Shown: positions 48,966 to 58,900, numbered from the stretch's first letter. The stretch: DNA of 64,000 bases from Candidatus Porifericomitaceae bacterium (GCA_965212005.1 OZ243038.1:2103981-2167980), one strand, 5' to 3'. Notes: generated from the letters alone by a model not told the origin. Translations and numbers: made by a program.

Positions 48966-50643
48966 AGACCTCATTTTTGAAAGGTTCAATGCCAATTCTC
49001 CGGTAGGTTTCGATAAAGATCTCATCTCCTTCGCGGTGCCGCAGGTACACCTCCAGCAGCTGTCCAATCGTTTCGGAAACCCGCGCCTTCTCCACCGCCG
49101 GACCGAGCCGCTTGCCCAGCGTGGCGTTATTGTCTGAGCTTCCTCCCAGTGTCAACTGGTAGTACTCCTTTCCTTTTTTGTCCACGCCGAGGATGCCGAT
49201 GTGACCGACGTGGTGGTGCCCGCATGCATTCATGCAGCCGGACATATTGATGCGGAGTTCGCCCAGGTCGTGCAGGTAGTCCAAGTCGTCGAAGCGTTCG
49301 TTGATTTGTTTCGCGATCGGAATCGATCCGGCGTTGGCGAGGGAGCAAAAGTCCAGTCCGGGGCAGCAGATCATATCGGTGAGCAGTCCGATGTTGGCAG
49401 TGGCCAGTTCGCACTCGCACAGCTTTTCCCACAGCGCGTAGAGATCGCTTTTATGCACGTGTCCCAGGACCAGGTTCTGGCTGTGCGTGACCCGGATCTC
49501 ATTGCTGCTGTAGCGCTCCGCCAGTTCGGCGATGGCGTCCATTTGCTCTGCAGTGGCGTCCCCGGGAGGACTTTGCGGCGCCTTCAGCGAGATCAGCACG
49601 GCACGGTAGCCGGGCACCTTGTGTTCGCTAAGGTTGCGCTGCGCCCAGCGCGCAAAGCCGGCGTTTTCTTCCAGTCGGCGCTGAAAATCCGTGTCCCCGG
49701 TGTCCCCGGCGCTGTTTTTTTCGTAGCACGCGGGCTGGAAGAAGGCGCTGACGCGTTCCAATTCCTTTGGGTCCAGCTCGGGGCAGCTCTGGCGCGCGTA
49801 TTTCCAGTCCTGCTCTACCAGTTCGGTAAAGCGATCGACGCCAACGGCGTTCAGCAGAATCTTGATGCGTGCTTTCTGCCGGTTATCACGCCGACCGAGG
49901 CAGTTATACACTCGCAGGATCGATTCCAGGTAAGAGAACAGGTGGCGTTGCTCCAGGAACTCGCGTATGAAAACGCCGATGTAGGGGGTGCGTCCTTGCC
50001 CTCCGCCGACCAGTACCCGAAAGCCGGTCTCGCCCTGGCCGGTTTTTATCAACTGCAAACCGATGTCATGCACCTGCAAGGCGACCCGATCCCGCTCCGC
50101 GCCGCAGACGGCAATCTTGAACTTGCGCGGCAGGTAGGAAAATTCAGGGTGCAGCGTGGACCATTGCCGCAGCAACTCGCAATAGGGGCGCGGGTCGGCG
50201 ATTTCATCCTTTGCGATCCCGGCCAAATGGTCAGTGGTGATGTTGCGGATGCAGTTGCCGCTGGTTTGAATGGCGTGCATCTGCACTTTGGCAAGGTCCG
50301 CGAGTATGTCTGGTACTCGCTTCAACTCGGGCCAATTGTATTGGATGTTCTGCCGCGTGCTGAAGTGGCCAAAGCCCCGATCATACTCGCGGGCAATGTA
50401 CGCCAGGGTGCGCATCTGCGTGGAGGAAAGAAGGCCGTAGGGGATGGCAACGCGCAGCATCGGAGCATGCAGTTGCAGGTATAAGCCGTTCATCAGGCGC
50501 AATGGCCGGAACTCCTCATCGCTGAGGTTGCCGGCGAGGAAGCGGCGGGTCTGCTCTCGAAATTGCTCTACCCGCTCATCAACGAGTCTCTGATCATATT
50601 GATCGTACTGGTACAAATCTTTGTCTCCACCGGTCTCAGGCAC
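48952..50643 (-). CDS. assimilatory nitrite/sulfite reductase hemoprotein (siroheme-4Fe-4S)
   Basis: 563 aa with two NIR_SIR repeats and the Cys cluster regions CPGLDFC and SGCMNACGHHHVGHIGILG. The pairing with DUF934 is typical. Confidence 0.88.
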   Translation of the reverse strand: MPETGGDKDLYQYDQYDQRLVDERVEQFREQTRRFLAGNLSDEEFRPLRLMNGLYLQLHAPMLRVAIPYGLLSSTQMRTLAYIAREYDRGFGHFSTRQNIQYNWPELKRVPDILADLAKVQMHAIQTSGNCIRNITTDHLAGIAKDEIADPRPYCELLRQWSTLHPEFSYLPRKFKIAVCGAERDRVALQVHDIGLQLIKTGQGETGFRVLVGGGQGRTPYIGVFIREFLEQRHLFSYLESILRVYNCLGRRDNRQKARIKILLNAVGVDRFTELVEQDWKYARQSCPELDPKELERVSAFFQPACYEKNSAGDTGDTDFQRRLEENAGFARWAQRNLSEHKVPGYRAVLISLKAPQSPPGDATAEQMDAIAELAERYSSNEIRVTHSQNLVLGHVHKSDLYALWEKLCECELATANIGLLTDMICCPGLDFCSLANAGSIPIAKQINERFDDLDYLHDLGELRINMSGCMNACGHHHVGHIGILGVDKKGKEYYQLTLGGSSDNNATLGKRLGPAVEKARVSETIGQLLEVYLRHREGDEIFIETYRRIGIEPFKNEVYAGN

Positions 50644-50818
50644 CGGTTAGCGCATCCGTACAAACCTGTCTGAAAGGACGCGAACAGGCTAATTATAAAT
50701 TATTAATACCGGTTACGATCAATATGTGGTCAAATTCCGCCGCCCGGAGGCAGATCAGGATCGTGCTGCGTTGCAGCAGACGCCGCTGCTGCGCTCGCCC
50801 GTGCCTTATTGTGCCGGT

Positions 50819-51055
50819 TCAGCCGAGAGACTGGCTGTCGGCCAGGAATAAACGTCCTTTTCGCGTCAGGTAACCCTCTGCATCTACCAGTCCCCGCTGC
50901 CGAGCCAGGCCTAGCAGGTGCTCCGGCGCATTGCGCGGCAGATAGACTTGCCCGTCGCCATAGTGCAACTCCAGCAGGGTTGCCAGTTCCGGTTCGCCAG
51001 CCTCGTCCGGCAGCTTCGCAGAGAGATTCCCAAGATTGGAATGATTCATATCCAT
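50819..51055 (-). CDS. small hypothetical protein upstream of the sulfite reductase (possibly DUF2849-type)
   Basis: About 78 aa from MDMNHSNL... The position (directly upstream of the sulfite reductase / DUF934 pair) matches where DUF2849 genes are usually found. I cannot verify the sequence family by eye, and no clear SD is present. Confidence 0.35.
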   Translation of the reverse strand: MDMNHSNLGNLSAKLPDEAGEPELATLLELHYGDGQVYLPRNAPEHLLGLARQRGLVDAEGYLTRKGRLFLADSQSLG

Positions 51056-51060
51056 AGGTA

Positions 51061-51100
51061 GTATTGTGCGATATTGTGCGCAGCAAAGCAAGGTATTTCA
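51061..51100. repeat. direct repeat copy 1 (duplicated zapE 3'-end text)
   Basis: gtattgtgcg + ATATTGTGCGcAGCAAaGCAAGGTATTt can be compared with 51171..51199, ATATTGTGCGgGCAAtGCAAGGTATTc. Confidence 0.6.
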
Positions 51101-51166
51101 ATCTAAAATTAGTCTAATATCATTAATGGATTGATAATAATATCGTATATAATTGATAATTAACAA

Positions 51167-52267
51167 TTAAATATTGTGCGGCAATGCAAGGTATTCGCGG
51201 CTGCCCATCTCTTCCAGGCGGCTGGCCGTGCGCCGGAACGAATCCCGGTGTCGGAGGCCCTGGTAGAGTTCGGGCGGGGACGCCGCCGCTGAAACGATGA
51301 GCCGCACATTGCGGTCGTAGAATTCATCCACCAGCGTGATGAAGCGTTTGGCCTGGTTCTCGTCTTCCCGGCCGAATTGCGGCAAACGTGACAGCAATAC
51401 GCTATGGTAGAGCTGGGCCAGTTCTATATAGTCGGCAGGGCCGCGCGGCCCGTCGCATAACTCTTTGAAGTCAAACCAGGCCACCCCCTGATGATGCCGT
51501 ATCGCGCGAATGGAACGCCCCAGCACCTCTACCTTGCCGTTGTACTCGCCGTGGTGGGAACTGAGCTGTTCAAAGTCGGCTGCCAATGCTTGCTCGGCTT
51601 GTTCGTTCAGTGGCGTGTAGTAAACGCCGGCCCGGTCCAGAAAACTCAAGCGGTAGTCATCCTCCCCCGCCAGGCAAAGCACTTCGGTGTGGTGTTCAAT
51701 TTGCTCAATGGCGGGTAGAAAGCGTTCACGCTGCAACCCATTCCAATACAGTTTGCCAGGCGGTTCGTTGGAGGTGGCGACCAGCGTGACCTCGCGCTGA
51801 AACAGTGCTTGCAGCAGTCTGCCTAACAGCATCGCGTCCGTGATGTCGGAGACGTGAAATTCATCAAAGCACAGCACCTGCACGCGTGCGGAAAACTCCG
51901 ACGCCAGGTGGACCAGCGGGTCGCGCCTTTCCCCGATCTGCTTCAGACGCGCATGCACCATGGACATGAAGCGATGAAAATGCAGTCGGCGTTTTTCCGC
52001 AAAGGGCAGGCAGTCAAAAAACAAGTCCATCAGATAGGTCTTGCCGCGTCCTACTGCGCCCCAGATATACAGCCCGGGGACTGGTTCCGGACGTGCGGCA
52101 CCCAGTCGCCGGGCCAGCCGCCGCCCCCAGCGCTGTTCCCGCTCGCGGTGTTGCAGCAGGCCCTGGTACAGGTACTGCATATGCTGAACCACGTGCTGCT
52201 GCTGCGGGTCGGCGCGCATCTGCCCCCGCGCCAAGTGCCGGCGGTAGCGCTCTGCGGGTGTGCTCAA
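51167..52267 (-). CDS. zapE: cell-division ATPase ZapE (AFG1/YhcM family)
   Basis: 366 aa with Walker A GAVGRGKTYLMD and Walker B LCFDEFHV. Confidence 0.88.
   Translation of the reverse strand: MSTPAERYRRHLARGQMRADPQQQHVVQHMQYLYQGLLQHREREQRWGRRLARRLGAARPEPVPGLYIWGAVGRGKTYLMDLFFDCLPFAEKRRLHFHRFMSMVHARLKQIGERRDPLVHLASEFSARVQVLCFDEFHVSDITDAMLLGRLLQALFQREVTLVATSNEPPGKLYWNGLQRERFLPAIEQIEHHTEVLCLAGEDDYRLSFLDRAGVYYTPLNEQAEQALAADFEQLSSHHGEYNGKVEVLGRSIRAIRHHQGVAWFDFKELCDGPRGPADYIELAQLYHSVLLSRLPQFGREDENQAKRFITLVDEFYDRNVRLIVSAAASPPELYQGLRHRDSFRRTASRLEEMGSREYLALPHNI
51171..51199. repeat. direct repeat copy 2 (the true zapE 3' end, encoding ...EYLALPHNI*)
   Basis: See 51061..51100. The two copies bracket about 70 bp of very AT-rich DNA containing TTGATAAT twice (51131, 51153). 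Confidence 0.6.
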
Positions 52268-52286
52268 AAGCGCCTCACGGCGTGAC

Positions 52287-53435
52287 TTATTTCATTGAGA
52301 ACAAGGACAGTTGGGTATCTTCCTGGTGCTTCCCCGGCACAGAAAGCGCGGGCGGTTGAAAGCGGGAACAGTCCAGTTGCTGGCGCTGCTGCTCCGGGCG
52401 GCTTAGCCCCAGGCGTTTGCAGGAGGCGCGAAAACGCTGTCGGATCAAATCGGCAAAGACACCACTGCCGCTCATCCGCGAACCAAAGCGGGGATCATTT
52501 TCACGGCCTTGCCGGATCTCCTGGATCTGCCGCCAGATCCGGTCTGCCGCGAGCGGGCGGTGCAGTTGCAGCCAGGAGCGGAACATGGCCCGCAACTCGT
52601 GCGGCAGACGCAGCATGATATAGCCGGCGCTTTGTGCTTCGTGTGCGGCGGCTGCCTCCAATACGCGCTCCAGCTCCACGTCATTGAGCGCCGGGATGAC
52701 CGGGGCAAACAGAACGCCGTTCGGGACGCCGGCGTGGTGCAGCTGCCGCAGCGTCTGCAAGCGCCGTCGGGGGGCGGTCGCTCTAGGCTCCAGCCGCCGA
52801 GCCAATTCCACGTCCAGCGTTGTTATGGAGATGCACGCCTGCACCAGCCCGCGTGCCGCCATCGGGGCGAGTAGATCCAAATCCCGTTCTATCAGTGAGG
52901 ACTTGGTCGTGATCAACAGCGGATGGTCACAGTCATGCAGCAGTTCGATAATGCGGCGGGTGATTTGCAGGCGGCGCTCAATGGGCTGATAGGGATCGGT
53001 GTTGGTGCCGAGTGCAATTGGCCGGCAGCGGTAGCCGGGGTGTGCCAACTCCTGCCGGAGCAGCCGGTCCGCGTCGGGTTTGGCATACAGGCGGGTCTCA
53101 AAGTCCAGTCCGGGGGAAAGGTCCAGGTAAGCATGGGTGGGTCGGGCATAACAATAAACGCACCCGTGCTCACAGCCGCGGTACGGGTTGATGGACTGAT
53201 CAAAAGGGATGTCCGGTGAGCGGTTGCGGGAAATGATGCTGCGCGGGTGATCCAGCGTGACGGTAGTTTGCCGAGCCGGTTCCTGCTCGATTCCGTCCCA
53301 CCCATCGTCGATAGCCTGGTGCTGCGCGGACAGGTAACGCGGCACCGGGCTGCTCGTTGCGCCCCGGCCTTTGCGCCATTGCTGATTCCCTGGGCTCGGA
53401 TCCTGCATGCCCGCAGTGTAGCGGAAATCAACCAT
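52287..53435 (-). CDS. radical SAM protein (PA0069-like family)
   Basis: It has ...KGRGATSSPVPRY... and the cluster motif CEHGCVYCY (CxxxCxxC). The start is uncertain (53435 or 53408); the track start at 53678 adds residues with no homology. Confidence 0.8.
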   Translation of the reverse strand: MVDFRYTAGMQDPSPGNQQWRKGRGATSSPVPRYLSAQHQAIDDGWDGIEQEPARQTTVTLDHPRSIISRNRSPDIPFDQSINPYRGCEHGCVYCYARPTHAYLDLSPGLDFETRLYAKPDADRLLRQELAHPGYRCRPIALGTNTDPYQPIERRLQITRRIIELLHDCDHPLLITTKSSLIERDLDLLAPMAARGLVQACISITTLDVELARRLEPRATAPRRRLQTLRQLHHAGVPNGVLFAPVIPALNDVELERVLEAAAAHEAQSAGYIMLRLPHELRAMFRSWLQLHRPLAADRIWRQIQEIRQGRENDPRFGSRMSGSGVFADLIRQRFRASCKRLGLSRPEQQRQQLDCSRFQPPALSVPGKHQEDTQLSLFSMK

Positions 53436-53724
53436 CCGAGTCTCTGCCCGCGTCCCGCCGGCGGAAAACGGCAGCGCTTCCTGCCTCGGCCCTGTTTCCG
53501 GATGGCGGTCCAGTCCGCCCAGCCCACCCTGTTGGCAAAAATCGGTTGTATCTGCGTCTCGCGGTGATAAAATTCTGCGTTCCCTGCATTTGCTGCAGTC
53601 GGTGCTGCAGGCAGAGGGTCCGGTGGACCGGTAAAGACCAGGCGTCTTCCGGCCACTTTCAGGGCGTGGCGGACCCACGTGACGAACCCAAAGGGAGCAT
53701 TCATTCTGGTGGAGGCAACTATCC

Positions 53725-54484
53725 TGTGAGCAAACTGAAAGGCCTGATTCTGGACATGGACGGCACGTTGGCGGATACCGAGGAGATCCATCGGCTCGCG
53801 TTTAACCGCTCTTTCCGCGAGCATGGTTTGGACTGGGAATGGGGCGCGGATCAGTATGCCGATCTGCTGAGCACTTCCGGCGGCCGCGAGCGCATTCAGG
53901 CTTATGCCCGCACGCAAAAATCGAACCATCCTCTGTCGGAGGAGCAGTTACGGGAATTTGCCGCACGGGTTCATCAGCGTAAGTCTGTCTGCTACCAGCA
54001 GCAATTCGACGCTGAGCCGATTCATTTGCGCTCCGGGGTGCGCCGCTTGCTGGAAGAAGCGCGCAATTGCGGTCTGCGCCTTGCCGTCGCCACCAATTCA
54101 TCGCGTGCCAACTTCGAGCTGCTGATGCAGCGCTGCGACTGGCCGGAGATCATTGGCATCTGGGACGCAGTGATCAGCCGTGACGAGATCAGGGAAATGA
54201 AGCCTTCCCCTGCCGTATACCTCAAGGCGCTTGAGAGCCTGGAGCTGCCGGCTTCGGTCTGTGTAGCCATTGAAGACACAAGCAACGGCAACGCAGCTGC
54301 CCGGGCGGCCGGATTGGCGGTGGTGATCACCACGCACTGTTTTACTAGTGGGCACCGCTTTCCGGGTGCCGCGTTGGTGGCGGACAGCCTGGGAGACCCG
54401 GGCTGTCCGTGTACGGTAACGCACGGCGACCCCCGCGGACGCACCCAAGTGGACGTCGCCTGGTTGCAGGAACTGCTGGACTAA
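53725..54484 (+). CDS. HAD-IA hydrolase, CbbY-like phosphatase
   Basis: A GTG at 53725 with GGAGG 11 nt upstream gives VSKLKGLILDMDGTLADTEEIHRLAFN... It also carries the late HAD motifs ...AVATNS... and ...AIEDTSNG.... The length of ~253 aa matches CbbY. Confidence 0.75.
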
Positions 54485-54673
54485 ACTGCCGCGTTTAGCA
54501 GGCAACCGATCCCATCATGCCTGGCGGGCTCGCATCCAGTGCGTCAAGCGGCTGTGCGGGCCCCTGGAGCGCTAACGGACTCGCGCCGGCCCAGTTTTGG
54601 GAGAGACGACTGTTCTTCCTTATCTGTCTCGACGGATCACTGGTTCGGCTTCCTTTGTGCCCGGTCCCGGCGG

Positions 54674-55021
54674 TCAGGAGGAGTCCGGCGATCCGGAAGG
54701 TTTCTCCGGAACGGAGTTGGACTGCGCCGGCGTTTTCTCCTGTGGTTCCGGGGGAGGGGCCGGGGCCGGGTTTTCGGTCGGCGTCGGCGGCACTTTATTC
54801 TCTGCGGACAAGGCCGGAATTGGATTCCGATCCGCACCGAACAGATCTTTCTCCTGGTCCAGTTCGGCCCGTACCAGGCGCCGTATGCGCTGGAAGGAGC
54901 GTTGCCAGCGCCCGTACCATCGGCCTGCTTGTATCGCGGTGCGCATCAGCCGCTCCGGCCCCATGATCAGCAGGCCGATCACGGCTAGCAGCACCAGTTC
55001 CCAGAATCCGATGTTGCTCAT
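54674..55021 (-). CDS. tatB: Sec-independent translocase subunit, TatB-type
   Basis: MSNIGFWELVLLAVIGLLIMGPERL... has the GFxEL and GPxRL hallmarks of TatB. It is followed by an amphipathic helix and a Pro-rich tail. There is an ATGA overlap with the upstream flavin reductase gene. Confidence 0.7.
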   Translation of the reverse strand: MSNIGFWELVLLAVIGLLIMGPERLMRTAIQAGRWYGRWQRSFQRIRRLVRAELDQEKDLFGADRNPIPALSAENKVPPTPTENPAPAPPPEPQEKTPAQSNSVPEKPSGSPDSS

Positions 55022-55536
55022 TTTCGGCTCTCCGCCGCCTCTGGTCCCGGGACGGCAGGACCCGGCCGGACTGGGCAATGCCGACCCTGGTAGCAGGGTA
55101 GCGATGGTTGCGCCGGATCGTGCTGGTGGGGCTCTGCCGCGCCAACCCGGATGCAGTGATCCTCTCCTTCACAGGCAGGCTGCACCGGGTTATCGAAAAC
55201 CGTTGGTGGGCTGAAGGGAAGCGGGCAGCCATTGGCGGAACGCTGGGATTGCGTGTTCTTCCACTGATCCGCCGGCCCGTTGCCGACAAAATTCCGGGAG
55301 GCGGAAAATGCATTCAGACAGTAGGCTTTGGGGGCGATGCCCAATAGCGTCAAGGGCGGTTGCAGGGACCTCGGGTGGAAAGAGCAGGCAGTGATCCCCG
55401 GCGGCGCCTGGCGCGTACCGATCGCGGTGACGATGGTGGCTCCGGTGGCGAAGCAGCCCAATGCCGGGCGCAACTCACCAGGATAGAAAATTTGTCCGTC
55501 AGGACGGGCGCAGTGGTCGATCATCCGCTGGATCAT
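55018..55536 (-). CDS. flavin reductase-like domain protein (diverged)
   Basis: ...LRPALGCFATGATIVTAIG...GITACSFHPRSLQPPLTLLGI...EGEDHCIRVG...LPCYQGRH follows the order of PF01613-type motifs. The divergence is high. Confidence 0.5.
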   Translation of the reverse strand: MIQRMIDHCARPDGQIFYPGELRPALGCFATGATIVTAIGTRQAPPGITACSFHPRSLQPPLTLLGIAPKAYCLNAFSASRNFVGNGPADQWKNTQSQRSANGCPLPFSPPTVFDNPVQPACEGEDHCIRVGAAEPHQHDPAQPSLPCYQGRHCPVRPGPAVPGPEAAESRK

Positions 55537-55903
55537 AACTTGACTGTGTACGCGTGCGGGAAGATCGCCCCGATTGGGCGACTGTCGGAGGATGTTTGCG
55601 CCTGCCCGTCGGGCCACTGCGGTGCGCGACCGCCGACCGCGACCGGATCTCCCTGGGCCAGCGGGAAACTCGAGCTTGATCGTTCAGTGGCGGCATGGAA
55701 CCTGCAGCCCTGCCCAGGGCCGCTGCTTGCCTGCGGTCCTTTTCAGGGACCTTGCTGAGCGCGGTCGCGAGCCGGCGGACGAGCGTTCTCGCTTCCTGTC
55801 ACCAGGCCCATCCGTGCCTGACGGTTCCGCGCTTTCGGCGCAGCAGCATCCGCAGCCGGCGGATAGCGCGCTGCGGCGCACCGGTCATTCCCTGCCTCCA
55901 GCC

Positions 55904-57286
55904 TTATTTGAGGAGCAGGAAAAAGGCCGATTCATCACGCAAAATATGCAGCAGCAGAACCTGCTGCTGATCCACGGACGCGAAGAATTGCTGCATCCTG
56001 CGCACGGGTCTGCGATTCACGGCAAGGATGATATCCCCGGCGCGCAACCCGCTGCGCCAGGCGGGACTCCCTCGCTGCACGGAGACCACCTGTATCCGTT
56101 CCTCGCCGGCTGCATCGGTCTCGGCCACGTTCACGCCGGCCAGCAGTTGATTGCGGATTCCTTTCCTGCCTGAAGCACTTTTTTGACTTTCCATAGACTT
56201 CAATTTGGCCGTGACCTGGTGTTTTTCTCCATCGCGCAAAACCTCAAAGGTCGCGGTCTCTCCCGGTTCCAGTGAGCCCCCGATCAGGTTATGCACGTCT
56301 TGCGTGTCCTCTACCTTGTTGCCATTGACCGACAGGATAATGTCCCCCGCCTGCATGCCGGCTTCCTCGGCCGCGGTTCCTTCCAGTACCCGGTTCACGA
56401 TGGCGCCTTGGTCCTGTTTTAGTCCGAAGGCTTCTGCCAGGTCCGGGTTCAGATCCTGCAGTTGCACGCCGAGGAAGCCGCGGCGCACTTCCCCATATTC
56501 CAGGATCTGCCTCATGATCCACAGGGTTTGATTGACTGGGATCGCAAAACCGATACCAATGCTGCCGCCGCGGGACTCACTGGAGAAGATCGCCGTGTTG
56601 ATTCCCACCAGTTCGCCTCGAAGATTAACCAGCGCGCCTCCTGAATTGCCCAGGTTGATGCTGGCGTCGGTTTGTATCAGATTTTCATAATGGAGGATGT
56701 TCAAGCCGCTACGGTGCAGTGCGCTGACGATGCCGTAGGTGACGGTGTGTCCGAGGCCTAAAGGATTTCCGATCGCGGCCACGAAATCTCCCTGGCGCAG
56801 CAGGTTCGAGTCCGCGGTTTGGATCGCAATCAGGTTCTCCGCCGGGATACGCACAACCGCCACGTCGGCATCTGGGTCGGCACCCAGCACTTCTCCCTCC
56901 AGCGTACGCCCGTCGAACAGCGTAGCCGTGATCTGATCGGCGCGCTCAATGACGTGGTTATTGGTCAGTACCAGTCCTCTTTCTGCATCGACAATGACTC
57001 CGGATCCCAGGCTTTGGAATTTCCGATCAATCGGGGCCTGCGGGACATTGAAAAACCATTGCAAGAACGGGTCGGGAGGAACATTCAGCCGGCCTGGTAC
57101 GGTTCCCTCGGTAGAGATGTTGACTATGCTCGGGTTCACTCGCTCCAGCATCGGAGCGAGGCTGAGGATTGGCCTTCCCTGCTCGTCAGTGGGCGGCGGG
57201 GCGGACGCTACCCAAGCCGGGGTTGCCAGCAACATGCAAAAACAGGCGCAGTAGACAATTCGACTCATGGAATTTCTCCTCTTCAA
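55904..57286 (-). CDS. periplasmic serine endoprotease, DegP/DegQ (HtrA) family
   Basis: 460 aa with a signal peptide and a trypsin-like domain carrying GNSGGALVN. Two PDZ domains follow. Confidence 0.9.
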   Translation of the reverse strand: MKRRNSMSRIVYCACFCMLLATPAWVASAPPPTDEQGRPILSLAPMLERVNPSIVNISTEGTVPGRLNVPPDPFLQWFFNVPQAPIDRKFQSLGSGVIVDAERGLVLTNNHVIERADQITATLFDGRTLEGEVLGADPDADVAVVRIPAENLIAIQTADSNLLRQGDFVAAIGNPLGLGHTVTYGIVSALHRSGLNILHYENLIQTDASINLGNSGGALVNLRGELVGINTAIFSSESRGGSIGIGFAIPVNQTLWIMRQILEYGEVRRGFLGVQLQDLNPDLAEAFGLKQDQGAIVNRVLEGTAAEEAGMQAGDIILSVNGNKVEDTQDVHNLIGGSLEPGETATFEVLRDGEKHQVTAKLKSMESQKSASGRKGIRNQLLAGVNVAETDAAGEERIQVVSVQRGSPAWRSGLRAGDIILAVNRRPVRRMQQFFASVDQQQVLLLHILRDESAFFLLLK

Positions 57287-57451
57287 AAGTTTTCAATTTA
57301 CTTTTTTCAGCGGCGCGGCGAAAGGTGGATGGCGCCAGACGCATTCCCGGCACTGTTTCCGAGCCAGCGGAAAATTGAAATTATAAATTAAGAATGACGC
57401 AGAAAGTGGATGAGGTCAATGTGTTCGAAAGCTCCCGTTTCGCGTCACTCC

Positions 57452-57495
57452 ATGAAAAGCAGGCGTGCGCCCCAAGGTGTCCCTTGGGGCGCACG
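57452..57495 (-). terminator. rho-independent terminator after the hsp20 gene
   Basis: The 15-bp stem GCGTGCGCCCCAAGG / CCTTGGGGCGCACGC has a 4-nt loop. It is followed on the minus strand by CTGCTTTTCA. Confidence 0.7.
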
Positions 57496-57528
57496 CCGGT
57501 CGCTTTTCATCCGGACGGACCGGGAGCT

Positions 57529-57972
57529 TCAGCTTTGTACCTCAATACGGCGCGGCTGAACCTTCTCCTGCTTGGGCAGCGAGATCTCCAGCACACCGTG
57601 GTTGCTGCTCGCCTTGATCTGGTCCGGGTTGGCCGAATCCGGCAGACTGAATCTGCGGTAGAAACTGCCCTGGCTGCGCTCCGTGCGGACGTGCCCTGCG
57701 GATTTTTCCTCCTTTTGTTCCGTGCGCACTCCCTTCAGAGTCAGCATGTTCCCCTCCATGGTGATTTGGATATCGCTGGGTTTCACGCCCGGCACGTCTG
57801 CCTGGATGATAAAACGTTCCGGCTCTTCGCGGACGTCCACGGCTGGACTCCAGTGGCTCGGCACGTTCGTGCCGTCGCCAACCTCGCACGCGTCCCGTTC
57901 CGGCCAGAGCCGATCGAGCTCACGCTGAAAATTGCGCAGCACGGCAAGTGGTTCGTAGCTTGTAAATATCAT
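57529..57972 (-). CDS. small heat-shock protein (Hsp20 / alpha-crystallin family)
   Basis: 147 aa with an alpha-crystallin core (...WSPAVDVREEPERFIIQADVPGVKPSDIQITMEGNMLTLKG...FYRRFSLP...GVLEISLPK). A strong SD (AAGGAGGTG) is present. Confidence 0.9.
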   Translation of the reverse strand: MIFTSYEPLAVLRNFQRELDRLWPERDACEVGDGTNVPSHWSPAVDVREEPERFIIQADVPGVKPSDIQITMEGNMLTLKGVRTEQKEEKSAGHVRTERSQGSFYRRFSLPDSANPDQIKASSNHGVLEISLPKQEKVQPRRIEVQS

Positions 57973-58011
57973 GACGTTTCACCTCCTTCTGATGTAGGGT
58001 TCTGCTTATAC

Positions 58012-58039
58012 AGATGGGGCCTGGTCCACTTTTTTCAAG
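58012..58039 (-). promoter_or_regulatory. sigma-32 (RpoH) heat-shock promoter of hsp20
   Basis: Minus strand reads CTTGAAA-13 nt-CCCCATCT, a near-perfect match to the RpoH consensus. It lies about 40 nt upstream of the ATG. Confidence 0.65.
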
Positions 58040-58201
58040 AGAGCGGACGGTTACCCCGCGTGACGGTGTGACGACACGGAAGACGGCTGCCGTCCCTGCC
58101 GCCGGACGGCGCAACGGGAAGCAGGACGCCCATGCCCGCAGACTCTTTCGTTGAGCGGGGCTGGCGTGCGGGTAGCGGAGTGTTCCGTCTGCTCCCGGTG
58201 C

Positions 58202-58900
58202 TCAGAACCGGCAGGCGACAGTGGTCATCACCTTTGAGCAAAGGCGCATGGCTTGCCGCGCCACGAGGGGCAGTTCCCGGGCGCCTGCCTGCTGCGCGTG
58301 CTGGCCATGGCGCAGTTCATCGGCCTGCATCTGTTTCAGCACCACGCGGCTGCGTTCGTCTTGCTCCGACAACTGCTGTATATGATTTTCCAGGTGCCGT
58401 GCCACCTGCCGTTCGGTTTCCGCCAGAAATCCCAGGCTGAGGCGGTCACCAGCCAGTCCGGCGGCAAAGCCGATGGCATAAGAACCCAGGTACCACAGTG
58501 GTCCCAGCCGGCTCGGATCAGTGCCTAGTTCCCGCAGTCGGCGTCTGCACCAGAGCAGGTGGTCCTCTTCTTCGCGGGCGGCCTGGAGCAGTTGCCCGCG
58601 CTGGCGTTCCGTGCGCGCGGCGGCGGCCTGCCCCCGATACAGCGCCTGGGCGCAGACTTCGCCGGCGTGATTGACGCGCATCAACCGCTGGGACCGGCGC
58701 CGCTGTTCGCGGGACAGCCGCCCAGTCGTCATTTCCTCTGCCGGATAGGTTCGTCCGCTGCCTGCGGCGTCCACGCCGTACAGGCACCGAAGTCCCTGCT
58801 CCAGCGTTGCAATGAGCGTATCCGCCGCTGCCCCGGCCCGCGGCGGACCCCGCGGCGGACCCGGCGGATCCTTTGGATGGAAGGCTTTTTGATCGGACAA
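58202..58900 (-). CDS. coq7: demethoxyubiquinone hydroxylase Coq7 (di-iron)
   Basis: It has LMRVNHAGEVCAQALYRGQ and carboxylate/His motifs (EEEDHLLW, DELRHGQHA). Confidence 0.88.
   Translation of the reverse strand: MSDQKAFHPKDPPGPPRGPPRAGAAADTLIATLEQGLRCLYGVDAAGSGRTYPAEEMTTGRLSREQRRRSQRLMRVNHAGEVCAQALYRGQAAAARTERQRGQLLQAAREEEDHLLWCRRRLRELGTDPSRLGPLWYLGSYAIGFAAGLAGDRLSLGFLAETERQVARHLENHIQQLSEQDERSRVVLKQMQADELRHGQHAQQAGARELPLVARQAMRLCSKVMTTVACRF

Noticed and set aside
51125-51165. Fur-box interpretation of the GATAAT-containing AT-rich core.
   Set aside because: It contains GATAAT hexamers but not the 6-1-6 GATAATnATTATC arrangement. I kept it only as an unspecified operator candidate within the scar finding.
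57320-57350. Possible sigma-E/AlgU-type promoter (GGAAAC...TCTGG) upstream of the DegP/DegQ-family gene.
   Set aside because: The spacer is ~14-15 nt instead of 16-17, and both elements are imperfect. This is not enough to call.
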